Shown here piece after piece: positions 50,271-63,440 of a DNA stretch of 64,000 bases. This DNA comes from Octopus vulgaris. Its lineage: Eukaryota. Under the pieces are notes generated by a model. The model had not been told where the DNA came from. It searched no databases and was given only the letters and a program-made list of their open reading frames with translations. Every line of letters begins with the position of its first letter. Positions within the stretch are counted from its first letter, which is position 1. Location of the stretch: assembly GCA_951406725.2 (NCBI GenBank), contig OX597836.1, positions 20,026,001 through 20,090,000 of the forward strand. The letters run 5' to 3'. A program made the position numbers and the translations under genes.

Positions 50271-51129
50271 AGTTAAGATTGTAGGTTAATGACAGCAATG
50301 GAATGGTTGTGCACTGGGGTAGTAGCATTGGCTGGTACTGTACAAGAGCTAGAAGTTTTTTTTAAATTTTGTTTGCCAGTTTCGTCATTGCTAAAAAAGA
50401 ATTTTCTTAATTTTTTTTTTTTGGTGGTGGGGTGGTTGTCTAGAGTTGGTATGGTTGCACTGTTGAATATGGTTATAGTCATTCACAGCTGCTGATTCTA
50501 CTATTGTACCCAGTAGATATCTTAGGTAACTTCTGGGTTTCGATGAAAGTCTGAACCAACACTTCCACTGTAAGGGATGTTTCTTCTGGGAATTTAGTGG
50601 TGGCTTGGTGTCATGCTTTTGCTAATGCATGGAGTCCCTGGAAGATGAGACATAATCCTTTGTGTTGGGGATAGAAAGAATTTTAGGATTCCAGACTACA
50701 TGTGTCGAAGCTATTAAATGTGATTTAGTGGTGGTAGTGGTGATGGTGGTGCTGTAAGATATGTGGTTTTCGCATTCACTGGTTTTGCTAGTATGAAATG
50801 TGTCTTGTCTCTGTGGTGTTATGAACCAGGCTGTGTTGTAGGGACGGACTGGAAGTGAGGGAGTATGCATGTCCTGTCAGAAGTGGGGCCTGTGAGTCCC
50901 ACCAGAAAGGTCGTAGTGGGCATGCGAGGTCAGCGAGGCATGAGCAGTTAGTTGGTGGTGGACAGCATACCAGAGCAGACCTGTTAGACAGTATAGGGTA
51001 GACAGAGCACAAGGACATTGTGAGTGATCATTCCAGATCAACAGGTAAGACTACTGCAATTCTCTCTTTGCTTCCGTCTTTTTCCTCCTTCACATCACAA
51101 GCTATTTTGGATCCAAAAAAAAGAAAAAA

Positions 51130-51290
51130 TGATGGGTATGGTCCGTGTTTCCAATGAGACGGTTAGACCATTTTGCAGCAAGGGAGAAGTCATTGCTTGG
51201 TTGAAAAAAATTAAGTTGGTGGCAAGACTCTACAGTATAGATGACCTAGCAAGTTTCATACCATTGTACTTTGATGGATTGGCATTGAAG
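51130..51290 (+). pseudogene. Gypsy-like gag N-terminal fragment
   Basis: VRPFCSKGEVIAWLKKIKLVARLYSIDDLASFIPLYFDGLAL resembles the gag pattern PF.G.GD..AWL.K..LVA.L....LA..LPL.L.G.AL (recalled, not searched). Confidence 0.5.
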
Positions 51291-51506
51291 TCTCCACATT
51301 GGCCAGCAAGAATGCCAGATTCATTTCATTTTTGGGCCTTTGCAATGGTGTATACCTACAGCCAGTCACATAATCAGGCATGAATTTGTCATTTCTGATA
51401 TAGCAGTCCTACTGCATGACACCTTGGGCAAGTGTCCTCTACTGTAATCTCAGGCCAACTAGAGCCATATGAGCGGATTTGGTAGACATAAACTGAAAGA
51501 AGCTTG

Positions 51507-51545
<39 letters not shown>

Positions 51546-51682
51546 TTATAAGATTGTTGAAAGACAGAATGAGGTCATTGAAAGCAATGGAGGGTGTGTT
51601 AATGAATAAATATTTCCATAGTCATTGGCTTATTCATTTTTACCTTAGATCTTTAAATTGGACATTACTTTTGCACCAACCT

Positions 51683-51687
<5 letters not shown>

Positions 51688-51773
<86 letters not shown>

Positions 51774-52086
51774 ATGGGTAGATGTCTGTAAATTAGTGTG
51801 TGTGAGAGTGTCCATGTGTTAGTTTGTGTGGATAGGTACAAGAATGACATGAATGTATATCTGTCCATGTGCTAAATTTCTTGAATGTGTCGGTTTGTCT
51901 GTTTATCTATGATCCATTGTTATATAACTAATGTATAAATAGTCACCATCAATGTAAAAAATCTAATGTATTCATTTATGGAATACATGAAAAGGGGGAA
52001 AAAATGTATGTGTATAATTTGTATGAATTTTTCTATGCAGGATTTTGAGTGTGCATGTGTACATATGTGTGTGTGTGTGTGTGTGT

Positions 52087-52170
<84 letters not shown>
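51688..52170. repeat. Two long (TG)n microsatellites (51688-51775, 52065-52170)
   Basis: Directly visible. Confidence 0.95.
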
Positions 52171-52171
<1 letters not shown>

Positions 52172-52172
<1 letters not shown>

Positions 52173-52490
52173 ATGGCTGAGTGGTTAGAACGTTGGGCTC
52201 ACAATCACGAGGTAGTGAGTTCGATTCCTGAATCAGACTGTGTATTGTGTTCTTGAGCAAGACACTTTATTTCATGTTGCTCCAGTTCACTCAGTTGCAG
52301 AAATGAGTTGCAACATCACTGGTGGTGAGCTGTATCAGTCTTTGCATTTCCCTTGGACAACATTGGTGGCATGGAAAGGGGATACTGGTTTGCATGGGTG
52401 ACTGCTGGTCTTCCTCAAACAATCTTGCCCTGACTTGTGTATCAGAAGGGAACTTTTTAGGTGCAATCTCATGGTCATTCACGAAAGAAG
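52172..52490 (+). mobile_element. tRNA-derived SINE, fourth type
   Basis: A box TGGCTGAGTGG, B box GAGTTCGATTCC, TGTGTTCTTGAGCAAGACACTT core; related head on the minus strand at about 41130-41235. Confidence 0.65.
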
Positions 52491-52551
52491 AGGTTCTTTA
52501 CCCTATTTACACTATATATATATATATGCATATATATATATATATATATAT

Positions 52552-52696
52552 CATCATCATCATCATCATTGTTTAACGTCTGCTTTCCATGCTAGCATGG
52601 GTTGGACAGTTCAACTGGGGTCTGGGAAGCCCGAAGGGTGCACCAGACCAGTCATATCTAGCGGTGTTTCTACAGCTGGATGCCCTTCCTAACGCC
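52552..52696 (-). mobile_element. 5'-truncated RTE-type tail
   Basis: (CAT)n, GTTTAACGTCTGCTTTCCATGCTAGCATGGGTTGG...GGATGCCCTTCCTAACGCC. Confidence 0.85.
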
Positions 52697-52726
52697 TAGC
52701 TCAGTTGGTAGAGCGGAGGACTGTAG
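52697..52726 (+). pseudogene. tRNA-Tyr(GTA) 5'-exon fragment (positions 8-37)
   Basis: TAGCTCAGTTGGTAGAGCGGAGGACTGTAG matches the conserved metazoan tRNA-Tyr; acceptor stem and 3' half absent. Confidence 0.8.
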
Positions 52727-52728
52727 TA

Positions 52729-52773
<45 letters not shown>

Positions 52774-53483
52774 GATAAGAGTAAATAATTTCTATAAAGG
52801 CTTTTAAAAAAACCCCAATTATTTACTGGTAGAATTCGGTATGTAAATATAGCGATTACGCAGGAACTTCTGTAAGTTCAGTATATATATTGTATATAAG
52901 AAAAAGGGACAGGCAAAACAGGTTGCTTGACCGCATACCAAAAAATAGAAATAGCAGTCAAGAATGCTTATTTCTATCAAAGTTGGACTCGGCATGACAG
53001 ACCCTGTAATTCACATATGCAAAACAGAAGGAATAGATAATGAATACACAGATAACCGCCAGACTTCGTATATATATATATATATATATATGCCAAGACA
53101 AGCAAGTTAGGCAAGTTGAAATACAAAATATATTAAATGCATTTAATACAAAAAATGTACATATGTATACATATTTAAAAAATCCAGCTTACACAGAATA
53201 GAAATGATATAAGAAATTAAGAGGGTTGTGTAAGAGTTTTATGATACCAACAGCTGTTTCTGGGGGCTTGGTGGTCCAAAATAACGATTGCAACTTAATT
53301 CCATCATTGGTACACCAGCATCTGTCTTCAGGGAAGAATTCTACATTTGAAGTGTTTTACAGAATGGAGTTTAAAGATGGAATGATTTTGTGAGGAACTA
53401 AGTGTATTAGAAATACTAGCTGCATCACCACCTCCTAATCCAATTCAAAAATAGATTACACTTCAGGTTCTTCCCCACTATCA

Positions 53484-53890
53484 ATGAACCAACCAAACTC
53501 AACCTCATTAGCATTAAACCCTAACCACAGAGCAGGTAGAGAAACTTGCAACTGTTGTATATTTCAGTTATACCCTCTTGGAAGCTCCTGTCTATGCAAA
53601 AATGTACTCTACAAGTGTCATGTTATAACACCACGCTTCCACCAAGCAAGGGTATATATCAGCAGCACCATAGATTTCAAGCACCACTACTGTGCATGCA
53701 TGAATTCTTTCACCAATCCAAATTCTAAATTATCAACCTCCTTAGCAACGTATATACACAACCTCAAATCTCAAAATATTATTTAATACTTTTTATTTAT
53801 ATCATAAACTGACAGTTGCTTTCTCAGATGCAGCATGAAGTTTTGTCAGTGAAGAGGTCACGGTTTCAAAGCGATGAAAATATTTTGACA
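53484..53890 (+). pseudogene. Penelope-like GIY-YIG endonuclease fragment with decayed hammerhead downstream
   Basis: CNC..YPLGSSCL..VLYKCHV..VYISST..FK..Y..SF..STSLATYIHNLK; TGTCA-GTGAAGA..GAAAATATT-TGACA at 53844-53890. Confidence 0.75.
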
Positions 53891-54589
53891 CAAATTAAAT
53901 TTAAATGTTGAAGTGAAACTAACGTATTTTGTGTGTTCTTAAATGGCTTACAAACAACTTCTATGCTGCAATTATTCTCAGATCAAATCACTTGCTATGC
54001 AAGAGAAGACAAAATTATCTGGAATTTATTTGACATGTCTTGCGCAGTTTTTAATTATCTAACCCATTTCTTGCATAGTGTCTACACAGATAAAATGTTA
54101 TGATGAGGAGTGTTTATTTACTTTTGAGGTGTGTCTATGTACGTGTGTGTGTGTGTGTGTGTAAGCGCATGTGTTTGTATATACATACATGTGTATATAT
54201 CATTTAATAGACAGAATACATTTTTTTATATGCTACTAATAGTTTCTTATGCTGAGAACATGCCAAATAATGAATTATAACATGTGTAACATCTCTACAG
54301 TCATCAGGCACAAACCATATAGCATAACAAACTAAAAATTGGATGAGGGAAGAAATATGAAAAGTGGAGAAGGAAGTATATAGAAAACATGGAAGGTTAA
54401 AAACGGAAAAACAGAAAGTAATCAGAAATGAATAAGTAAAAAGGTAAAAGAGTTATCTTCCTTAGGCCTTTAATTATAAGGCTGGAAAAAATATAGATAA
54501 ATATTTTTTTTTACTTGTTTCAGTCATTGGACAACAGCCATGCTGGGGTACTCGAGCAAATCAATCCAGGACTTAGTTTTTAAAGTGAT

Positions 54590-54938
54590 CATTGCCAGTG
54601 CCACCTGACTGGCTCCCGTGCTGGTGGCACGTAAAAAGCACCATTCGAGCATCGTCATTGCCAGTGACCCTGACTGGCTATGGTGCCGGTGGCACATAAA
54701 AAGCATCATTCAAGTGTGGCCAATGTCAGTACAGCCTGACTGGCCCTTGTGCCAGTGGCACATAAAGAACACACTCTATTCTCTTGGAGTGGCTGGCGTT
54801 AGGAAGGGCATCAAGCTGTAGAGGCATTGCCAGATTGGCTTGGAGCCTGGTGCAGCCTTCTGGCTCATCAGCCCTCAGTCAAAACGTGTAACCCAAGCCA
54901 GCATGGAAAACGGACATTAAACGATGATGATGATGATG
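54590..54938 (+). mobile_element. Hairpin-array/RTE-tail retroposon, 3 hairpin units
   Basis: GTGCTGGTGGCAC, GTGCCGGTGGCAC, GTGCCAGTGGCAC units, conserved tail, (GAT)n. Confidence 0.8.
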
Positions 54939-55041
54939 GTATTTATTCTATTGGTCTCTTTTGCAAAACCACTAAGTTTCAGGGACATAAATAAACCAAC
55001 ACTAGTTATCAAATGGTGGTGGGGACAAACACACACACACA

Positions 55042-55096
<55 letters not shown>

Positions 55097-55117
55097 TACA
55101 TATATATATATGTATAC

Positions 55118-55149
<32 letters not shown>

Positions 55150-55802
55150 TATACACACATGATGGGCTTTTTCCATTTCTCTCTACCATATCTACTCAAG
55201 AGGCTTTGGTCAGCTCAAGGCTATAGTAGAAAACATTTGTCCGAGGTGCCACACACTGGAACTGAACCCAGAACCATGTAGCTGCAAAGCAAACTTCTTA
55301 CCACACTGCTATGCCTGTGCTGTGTGTATGACATGCTTGTGTGTGTTATAGGACTTGTATCTAGGACATGTTATATCAACATGACATGGGGGTAGCTAAA
55401 CAGTTCAAAGACCTTAGTCAGTTTGCATGCAACTTATTTATAACAAAAACCACCATTGAGTCTTAAATTTCTTCTCACATATAAATAAAGCCAGAAAATA
55501 TCTGCAATAAAATAAATATGTGATATCTGCTTGATTCCAAAGCACAATAGTAATTGTTTCAATAATTTGGCAGCGTTCAAACTAAATTTTCTAAACATAT
55601 TCTTAGTTATTTTTAAAAAAAAGAAGTGCCAAAAGCAAATTACATTGCTACAGACAAATTACAAGCATAAGAATAGGTGTGGGTGTGTTATTAAGAAGCT
55701 TGCTTCCCAACTACAAGGTCTGGGGTTCAGTCCCACAGTGCAGCACCTTGAGCATATATCTTTTATTATAGCTCTGGGCTGACCGAAGGCCTAAGAGTGA
55801 AT

Positions 55803-56140
55803 TTCTTCTTTCTTCTTTCTGCCTTTAACCCTCCAACGCGGAGTGTAGGCCACTTATAATTGAATTCCATGTCGCATAATTTTTCGCTTCTGTACTTATA
55901 CTCTGCCATGAATGTCCCCCATTCTTTAGTTACTTTTGTGTTGATCTCTGCCACGAGTTCTTAGGCCTATCTCTCTTTCTATATCCATCTGGTCTCCACT
56001 GTAAAGCACTTTTCGCTACATTTGGTGTGTCTTTTCTAATTGTGCTGCCAATCCACTTCCACTTTTTCTTAAATATATGCTCCTAAATCGAAACTTGATT
56101 TGTTCTTTGCCACAGCCCCATATTGCTTATGTGTTCAGGC
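55803..56140 (-). pseudogene. RTE-clade LINE 3' end
   Basis: KWKWIGSTIRK..AKSALQWRPDGYRKRDRPKNSW matches the RTE C-terminal W.W.GH..R..AL.W.P.G.R.RGRP..TW motif; (AAGA)n tail; abuts a SINE A head at 55672-55800. Confidence 0.8.
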
Positions 56141-56950
56141 CATCTAATTTTAAGTATACTATGCAAGCAAGGAATTGAACTCATGACCTTGCAATCACCA
56201 GCCCAACAGCCTCTTCACTAAGCCATATACCTCCACATAAAGTAGACAAGCATTTACTAAAAAAAGGAGCTTCTGCTGTGCATTGGCTTGAAAGCTGCTG
56301 ATCATAAGCCAGCTTCATCAGAGCTGACCAGGGGCTAAACAACACCAATCCCCCTATCAACCTTAGATTGGTTAACAAAACCCTCTTGTTGTCTATACTA
56401 TTAGAATAGGCGTATATATGTTACCAAGAGGTCACAACGAACTATAAGCACAGCCATCTTGGGTCAGAGGATCTTATCTAAACATACACACACACACACA
56501 CACAAAGAATACTTGTAGATTTGTTTCTTTCGTTCTTTATCATTCTCTATCTTGTTCTTGGTAATGGTTAGTTTAAGTTCCATTTATAACTATGTATATC
56601 TTACCATTCTTTTAAAGAATAAAATCTTTGTTTCTCTGACTAACTCCTACCTCACAGATTCTGATATATTTAACGCCAACAGTGGGGTTTCAGAAGTTTT
56701 GGAATCAGCTAATTGTGAATCTATTTCCAGAGGACAATGGGTTTTCACTCTACTTCTTGTATGAACATTAACACCTACAAGGCCTGCAGGCCTGCAAGAA
56801 ATAACAGCCAAATCTACCTCAAATCATACTTTACAGCAGTGAACCTCAACTGTTTGTCGTTCAGCATGGCCTTTTACCAAATGGTATTTATCAATGCCTC
56901 CCTGCTTTGCATGTTTTAAGAAGCAAGCAAAAAAAAAAAAATGAGAGAGA

Positions 56951-57380
56951 TAGGCGCAAGAGTGGCTGTGTGGTAAGTAGCTTGTTTACCAACCACATGG
57001 TTCCGAGTTCAGTCCCACTGTGTGGCACCTTGGGCAAGTGTCTTCTACTATAGCCTCGGGCCGACCAAAGCCTTGTGAGTGGATTTGGTAGACGGAAACT
57101 GAAAGAAGCCCGTCGTATATATGTATATATATATATATATATATGCGTGTGTGTGTTTGTGTGTCTGTGTTTGTCCCCTAGCATTGCTTGACAACCGATG
57201 CTGGTGTGTTTATGTCCCCGTTACTTAGCGGTTCGGCAAAAAGAGACCAATAGAATAAGTACTGGGCTTACAAAAGAATAAGTCCTGGAGTCGAGTTGCT
57301 CGATTAAAGGCAGTGCTCCAGCATGGCCGCAGTCAAATGACTGAAACAAGTAAAAGAGTAAAGAGTAAAGAGTAAAAGAG
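56951..57380 (+). mobile_element. SINE family A, full length (GTTTACC head subtype)
   Basis: Complete head, body and (GTAAAGA)n tail. Confidence 0.93.
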
Positions 57381-57634
57381 AGAAATGAAAAAGGTAATTT
57401 TAGTTAAACAAATCTTTATTTTACAGTGACTTTTATTATCTTTATTTTTTTATCCTTCCAAAGGTGGTGAGCTGGCAGAATCATTAGGGCCTCGGACAAA
57501 ATGCCTTGCGGCATTTGTTTTGGCTCTTTACATTCTGAGTTTGAATCCCACTGAGGTCATCTTTGCCTTCCGTTCATCCATGGTTGTTAAAATGATCTCC
57601 CAGTCAAGTTCTGAACTCAATGCTATTGACCAAC

Positions 57635-58025
57635 GGACGGAAGCACTCCGTCGGTTACGACGACGAGGGTTCCGGTTGATCCGAATCAACGGAACAGCCT
57701 GCTCATGAAATTAACGTGTATGTGGCTGAGCACTCCACAGACACATGTACCCTTAACGTAGTTCTCGGGGATATTCAGCGTGACACAGAGAGTGACAAGG
57801 CCGGCCCTTTGAAATACAGGTACAACTGAAACAGGAAGTAAGAGTGAGAGAAAGTTGTGGTGAAAGAGTACAGCAGGGATCACCACCATCCCCTGCCAGA
57901 GCCTCGTGGAGCTTTAGGTGTTTTCGCTCAATAAACACTCACAACGCCCGGTCTGGGAATCGAAACCGCGATCCTATGACCGCGAGTCCACTGCCCTAAC
58001 CACTGGGCCATTGCGCCTCCACTTG
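57635..58025 (-). mobile_element. SINE family C, full length, 9-bp TSD
   Basis: TSD TTGACCAAC at 57626-57634 and 58026-58034. Confidence 0.9.
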
Positions 58026-58490
58026 TTGACCAACAACTTCCCCACCAAGATTGTTTGCCTTCATGCCTCAGTCAGAAATTACACAATCTCATCCAGTATG
58101 ATTCTCTTGTTAGACATTTGCATGGATTAGTACCCAAATGGGTGCCTTTCCATATGACACAGGCACGGATACTTTTATGTGACACGAGCACAAATGACAG
58201 GGGGATGTGCCTGTTTGTATAGACAGCCACAAGTGTTTTAATTCCTATTTCCTTTTTTGGAGCAATCATGAAAACAAAGCAAAGACAAAACACTGTTTTA
58301 TTTTAATATACAATGAACTGAATTACTTTTAGAATTTCTGTAAAGGAGAAACTTCTGTGTGTGTGTGTGCATGCGTGCACACACATTCATAACATTCATA
58401 CATATATACATACCCACACACATATATAAATGTCTGGACATTCCAGCTTCACGTCAAGTGTAATTAATTCTAAGAAATAACGCAATAATC

Positions 58491-58542
<52 letters not shown>

Positions 58543-59178
58543 TTTCATTATGTTATGATAATAATAATTAAAAGTTTATCATGGTGACAATACAAAAAAA
58601 GAGATCATGAGAATGTGACAACAAGCCAGAAATAATTGTGTTGGAAGGTGATTCTGTTTCATAAAATAGATGTTTTATTGTTTGAAATTATTCTATCCAT
58701 TTCAACAACTAGTGGCTGTGCTTTTCTTTTTTTTTTTTTGAAAATGCTGTCCTCTTATAATCTTGCGATGAATATATACAACATCATCATCATCATCATC
58801 ATCATCATCATTAAAACAATGATAACAATGGTGTCAGTGAGGAAGCTTTTACATTGATGCTATGTCTGCTAGAAATAGCAACCTAATCTCTCTCTCTCTC
58901 TTACCCTTTCTCTTTCTCTTTCATATTATACTCTTCTGACTTAATTTTGGAGCAATTCTTCTGTTAAGATTCAAAACCACCTCACTCAGAATCCTAGCTC
59001 TGATCTTCAGATACCATATTTCTCACCATACAAATTGAATTTTGCTGACCAAAATTTACAGCCAAAATTGGTAGATTGACTTATACACCAAGTCGACTTT
59101 AGAGGATCAAAAAATTCCATGTGAAATGCAACAGGATTTGCAAAATAGTGACAATGTTTGAATGCTTATACTATATAC

Positions 59179-59379
59179 CAGTGGTTTTCAACCAGAGTTC
59201 CGCCAGTACAGTCCAGGGGTTCCGCAAGAAGTTACAAAACTGCTAAAATCGGCAGTAATTTTTAATTCTCCTCTGCAAATATGTGTGCATAAGACTATTA
59301 AATTATTGCACAGGGGTTCCCCGAGCCAGTGGAATGCTTCCTTGGGGTTCTGCTCCAGCAAAAAGTTTGAAAAGCACTG
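59179..59379. mobile_element. hAT-type MITE with 8-bp TSD (inverse of 23591-23809)
   Basis: TSD CTATATAC at 59171-59178 and 59380-59387. Confidence 0.92.
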
Positions 59380-60194
59380 CTATATACTACATCAACTTGT
59401 ATGTAAGAAAATAAGTTTAGTATATTTCTAAATAAGGCATAAACACCTATGAAAATACAACTTGGGCAATCAGATTAGCTGATGTGTAAGTACATGAGCT
59501 GGAATCCTCCCGTCAAATAGACTAGTTGAATATTCTTGAAAGTTTGCTGTGTTATAAAAAGCTGGTGAATTAGAAGTTGACATGGAGCCTTGTTGCTCTG
59601 CTCCATGAGGTAGCATCTCACTCTCTTCTATCTTTCGTTACAGAACAACTTGAGATACTGCTCCAAACCATGTCAACCAGATTAAAAAGGCTGTTACAAT
59701 AAAGAACAGTGAAACCCATCTGAGATATTTGATTAAAAAAAAAAATTTCAATTGTTATTGTTATTAACAACAACAAAACACCAAGATAGCTCAAAGGTAA
59801 TTGTTCTTGGACTGAAGTGACAGTTGTCCCCGTCAAAACAGTAGTCAAAACTTTAGCTGGTTATTGTTTGTTGCTGTTGCCATTCATCTATTGTCTTTGT
59901 ATTGTCATGGCTCTCTGCTTAGCTGTAGCTTCAGCTGCAGTCCAGTCTGAAGTCTCTTGTCCATTGTTTGTTGCTTTTTGGTAGTGGCTAAGATGCACTG
60001 GATATACAATGGTGGTTTAGCTCAGAAAGAAATGCACCAAAGATAAAATTGTTGTTGGAGCCAGTTTCACACCAAAAGTCTTGATTGGTCAGATCTATTT
60101 GATGACACAGGTAATATTCTGATGAACCCTGACTGTATTCTTGAGGGTTTTTTTTACATTGGATATAGTGTTCCAAGTTTGATAGCTTAATATT

Positions 60195-60388
60195 CCAGTT
60201 CTATATTTAAGAGATGAGGAGTCATGTATATTATTTACATTATTTACAATTGACGGATATTTGTCCTCATCTTGTTTGTTGTTAACACAATGTTTCAGCT
60301 GATATGTCCTCCAGCCTTCATCAGGTGTCTTGGGGAAATTTCGAACCTGGGTTCTCATTCCTAAGGTATTTTTCAATGTTGTTATTAC

Positions 60389-60432
<44 letters not shown>

Positions 60433-60555
60433 GTGTTCAGGTCACTGTCTGGAATCGAACTCGGAATCTTGGGGTTAGTAGCCCGCGCTCTTAACCACTA
60501 TGCCCATGGGCATATGGTATAGTGGTTAAGAGCGCGGGCTACTAACCCCAAGATT
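60195..60555 (-). mobile_element. tRNA-head + hammerhead element with inverted 5' duplication
   Basis: A/B-box head at 60447-60505, (AAT)n, hammerhead CTGATGA..GAAAC at 60284-60329; perfect 37-bp inverted repeat 60465-60501 / 60519-60555. Confidence 0.65.
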
Positions 60556-61316
60556 ACAAAGTCATTCTAAACTACAATATCATTCTAAAACTATACATTC
60601 ACATCTTCAAAACGATATGAATAAATGAGCATCACATACAACAGAGTAATCTGAATGCTAAAGGGTTAAGCATTTATTATTCGGTGTCAAAATTATCATT
60701 ACACCAACTGCTCCCTAGTTGCTGACCTGGTTTCAGTGATCTCAGATCAAGTCACGTGCTGAGCAAGTACATCTCTGAAATTTAACATTTTATGCTGGAG
60801 AAAATTCAGCTACAGCACATAATTACCAAAGCTTGCAAGATCTACCACTGGAATAACTTCTGACAAGAAATATGTAACAGAGTCACGTACTCAAGCATCT
60901 ACTCCACTAACTCTATAGCTATTGTTTTTTCTTTCAAAGATATGTTACCATACATAATATGAAAATGTTCTTGAGTGTTATTTATTCCCAAATGTAAATT
61001 ATTTTTCTTCAAATATATTTTTATTGATACTTTTTGTTGCTTGCGTTTTAAAATGATTATTTTTCAAGCAGAAAACTAGCTGCATTATCTATTTACCCCC
61101 ACCTCGCCCTGACACTCTGGAAAAAAACATTTGTGGGAACATATCTGAGATTTATAAAATAGAAGTCAATGGGAAAATTAGTCTTAGGGAATTCTTTCAT
61201 GATATAAAATTATCAGTGATGCAATCTTTTTGGGACTTGAGAGATTGCTGAGCATACGTATTTATATATACATGCAAACATACATACATACATACATACA
61301 TACATACATACATACA

Positions 61317-61347
<31 letters not shown>

Positions 61348-61631
61348 TTGTGAGTGTGAGTATGTCTGTACACACATACACACATGCAGATGATGCAAAT
61401 AAACAAATAAAACTGCTTGCACTGGATATATAAAAAATATGTATACATATATACATATAAATAGAGAGAAACAAAGAGTGGAAGATATTCAAACGACGAA
61501 CAGTCATGTATAAATACGTAGATATTTATATATTAACAGAAAATTAAGAGGAGAAAGTATGGTATTATAGGTTCAACAGCTGTTTTGGAGGGTTCTACCA
61601 TTAAAAACAATATGTATATATTTATATATAT

Positions 61632-61901
61632 ATATTGTTATATTTCGGAATGGTCATATTGCCAGTTTAGCCAATAAAAACACACGCACTATATATTTGG
61701 AGTTATTTTGCTTCAGTGTTATTTATTTTTTACATTAATCTTAATCTTATTTCGGCCAGAGTTCTTTCGTCACACTCCTGTGACCGCATCAGTGGTCCTT
61801 TGTTTTCTTCTTTCTTATTTGTGTCTCTCCTTACTAACCGTCAGCCATTTTGTATTTATTGGCTAAACTGGCAATATGACCATTCCGAAATATAACAATA
61901 T
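61632..61901. repeat. Perfect 47-bp inverted repeat enclosing a hammerhead-like motif (Penelope-type terminal repeat or MITE)
   Basis: ATATTGTTATATTTCGGAATGGTCATATTGCCAGTTTAGCCAATAAA at 61632-61678, inverse at 61855-61901. Confidence 0.85.
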
Positions 61902-62097
61902 CTGTTTCAACACACGACTTCACATAAAAAATCTTGCACAACAAATATTTAAACGTATATATATATATATATATATAAACTTAGATAAACTTAGATATGT
62001 TTCGACCAAAGATTGGTCCAGGCCATGTCTAACTTAATAGCACCACCTGATCGGGTTATCTAAATCCTGTTTAAGTCAAGTTTTGTTTATGGTCCAT

Positions 62098-62310
62098 TCA
62101 AGTAGTGAGTGCTCTCTGGGGTGATTCAATCCTCGAGATGTTTTGGTTTGTGTGGGGAGACCACAAGGAGCAGCAGTATTTGAGGTGTGGCCGTACAAAG
62201 GAGGAGAAAAGTGGAATGATGACACCTTGTTCTCTGGACCTGAAGGTTCTTAAGATCCAGGAGCTCATGCTATGAGCTATATCAGCCTTATTGTTGAAGT
62301 GGGCACTCAC
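62098..62310 (-). pseudogene. CR1/L2-group reverse transcriptase C-terminal fragment
   Basis: WILRTF..IPLFSSFVRPHLKYCCSLWSPH..ISRIESPQR matches L...VRPHLEYC...WSP....I..LE.VQR. Confidence 0.85.
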
Positions 62311-62329
62311 CTGTTCTTGTCAAACCATC

Positions 62330-63425
<1,096 letters not shown>

Positions 63426-63440
63426 TATATATAAATATAT

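Noticed and set aside
59590-60170. Moderately complex sequence that might be a coding exon or TE fragment
   Set aside because: Frames checked are short with stops and no motif was recognised
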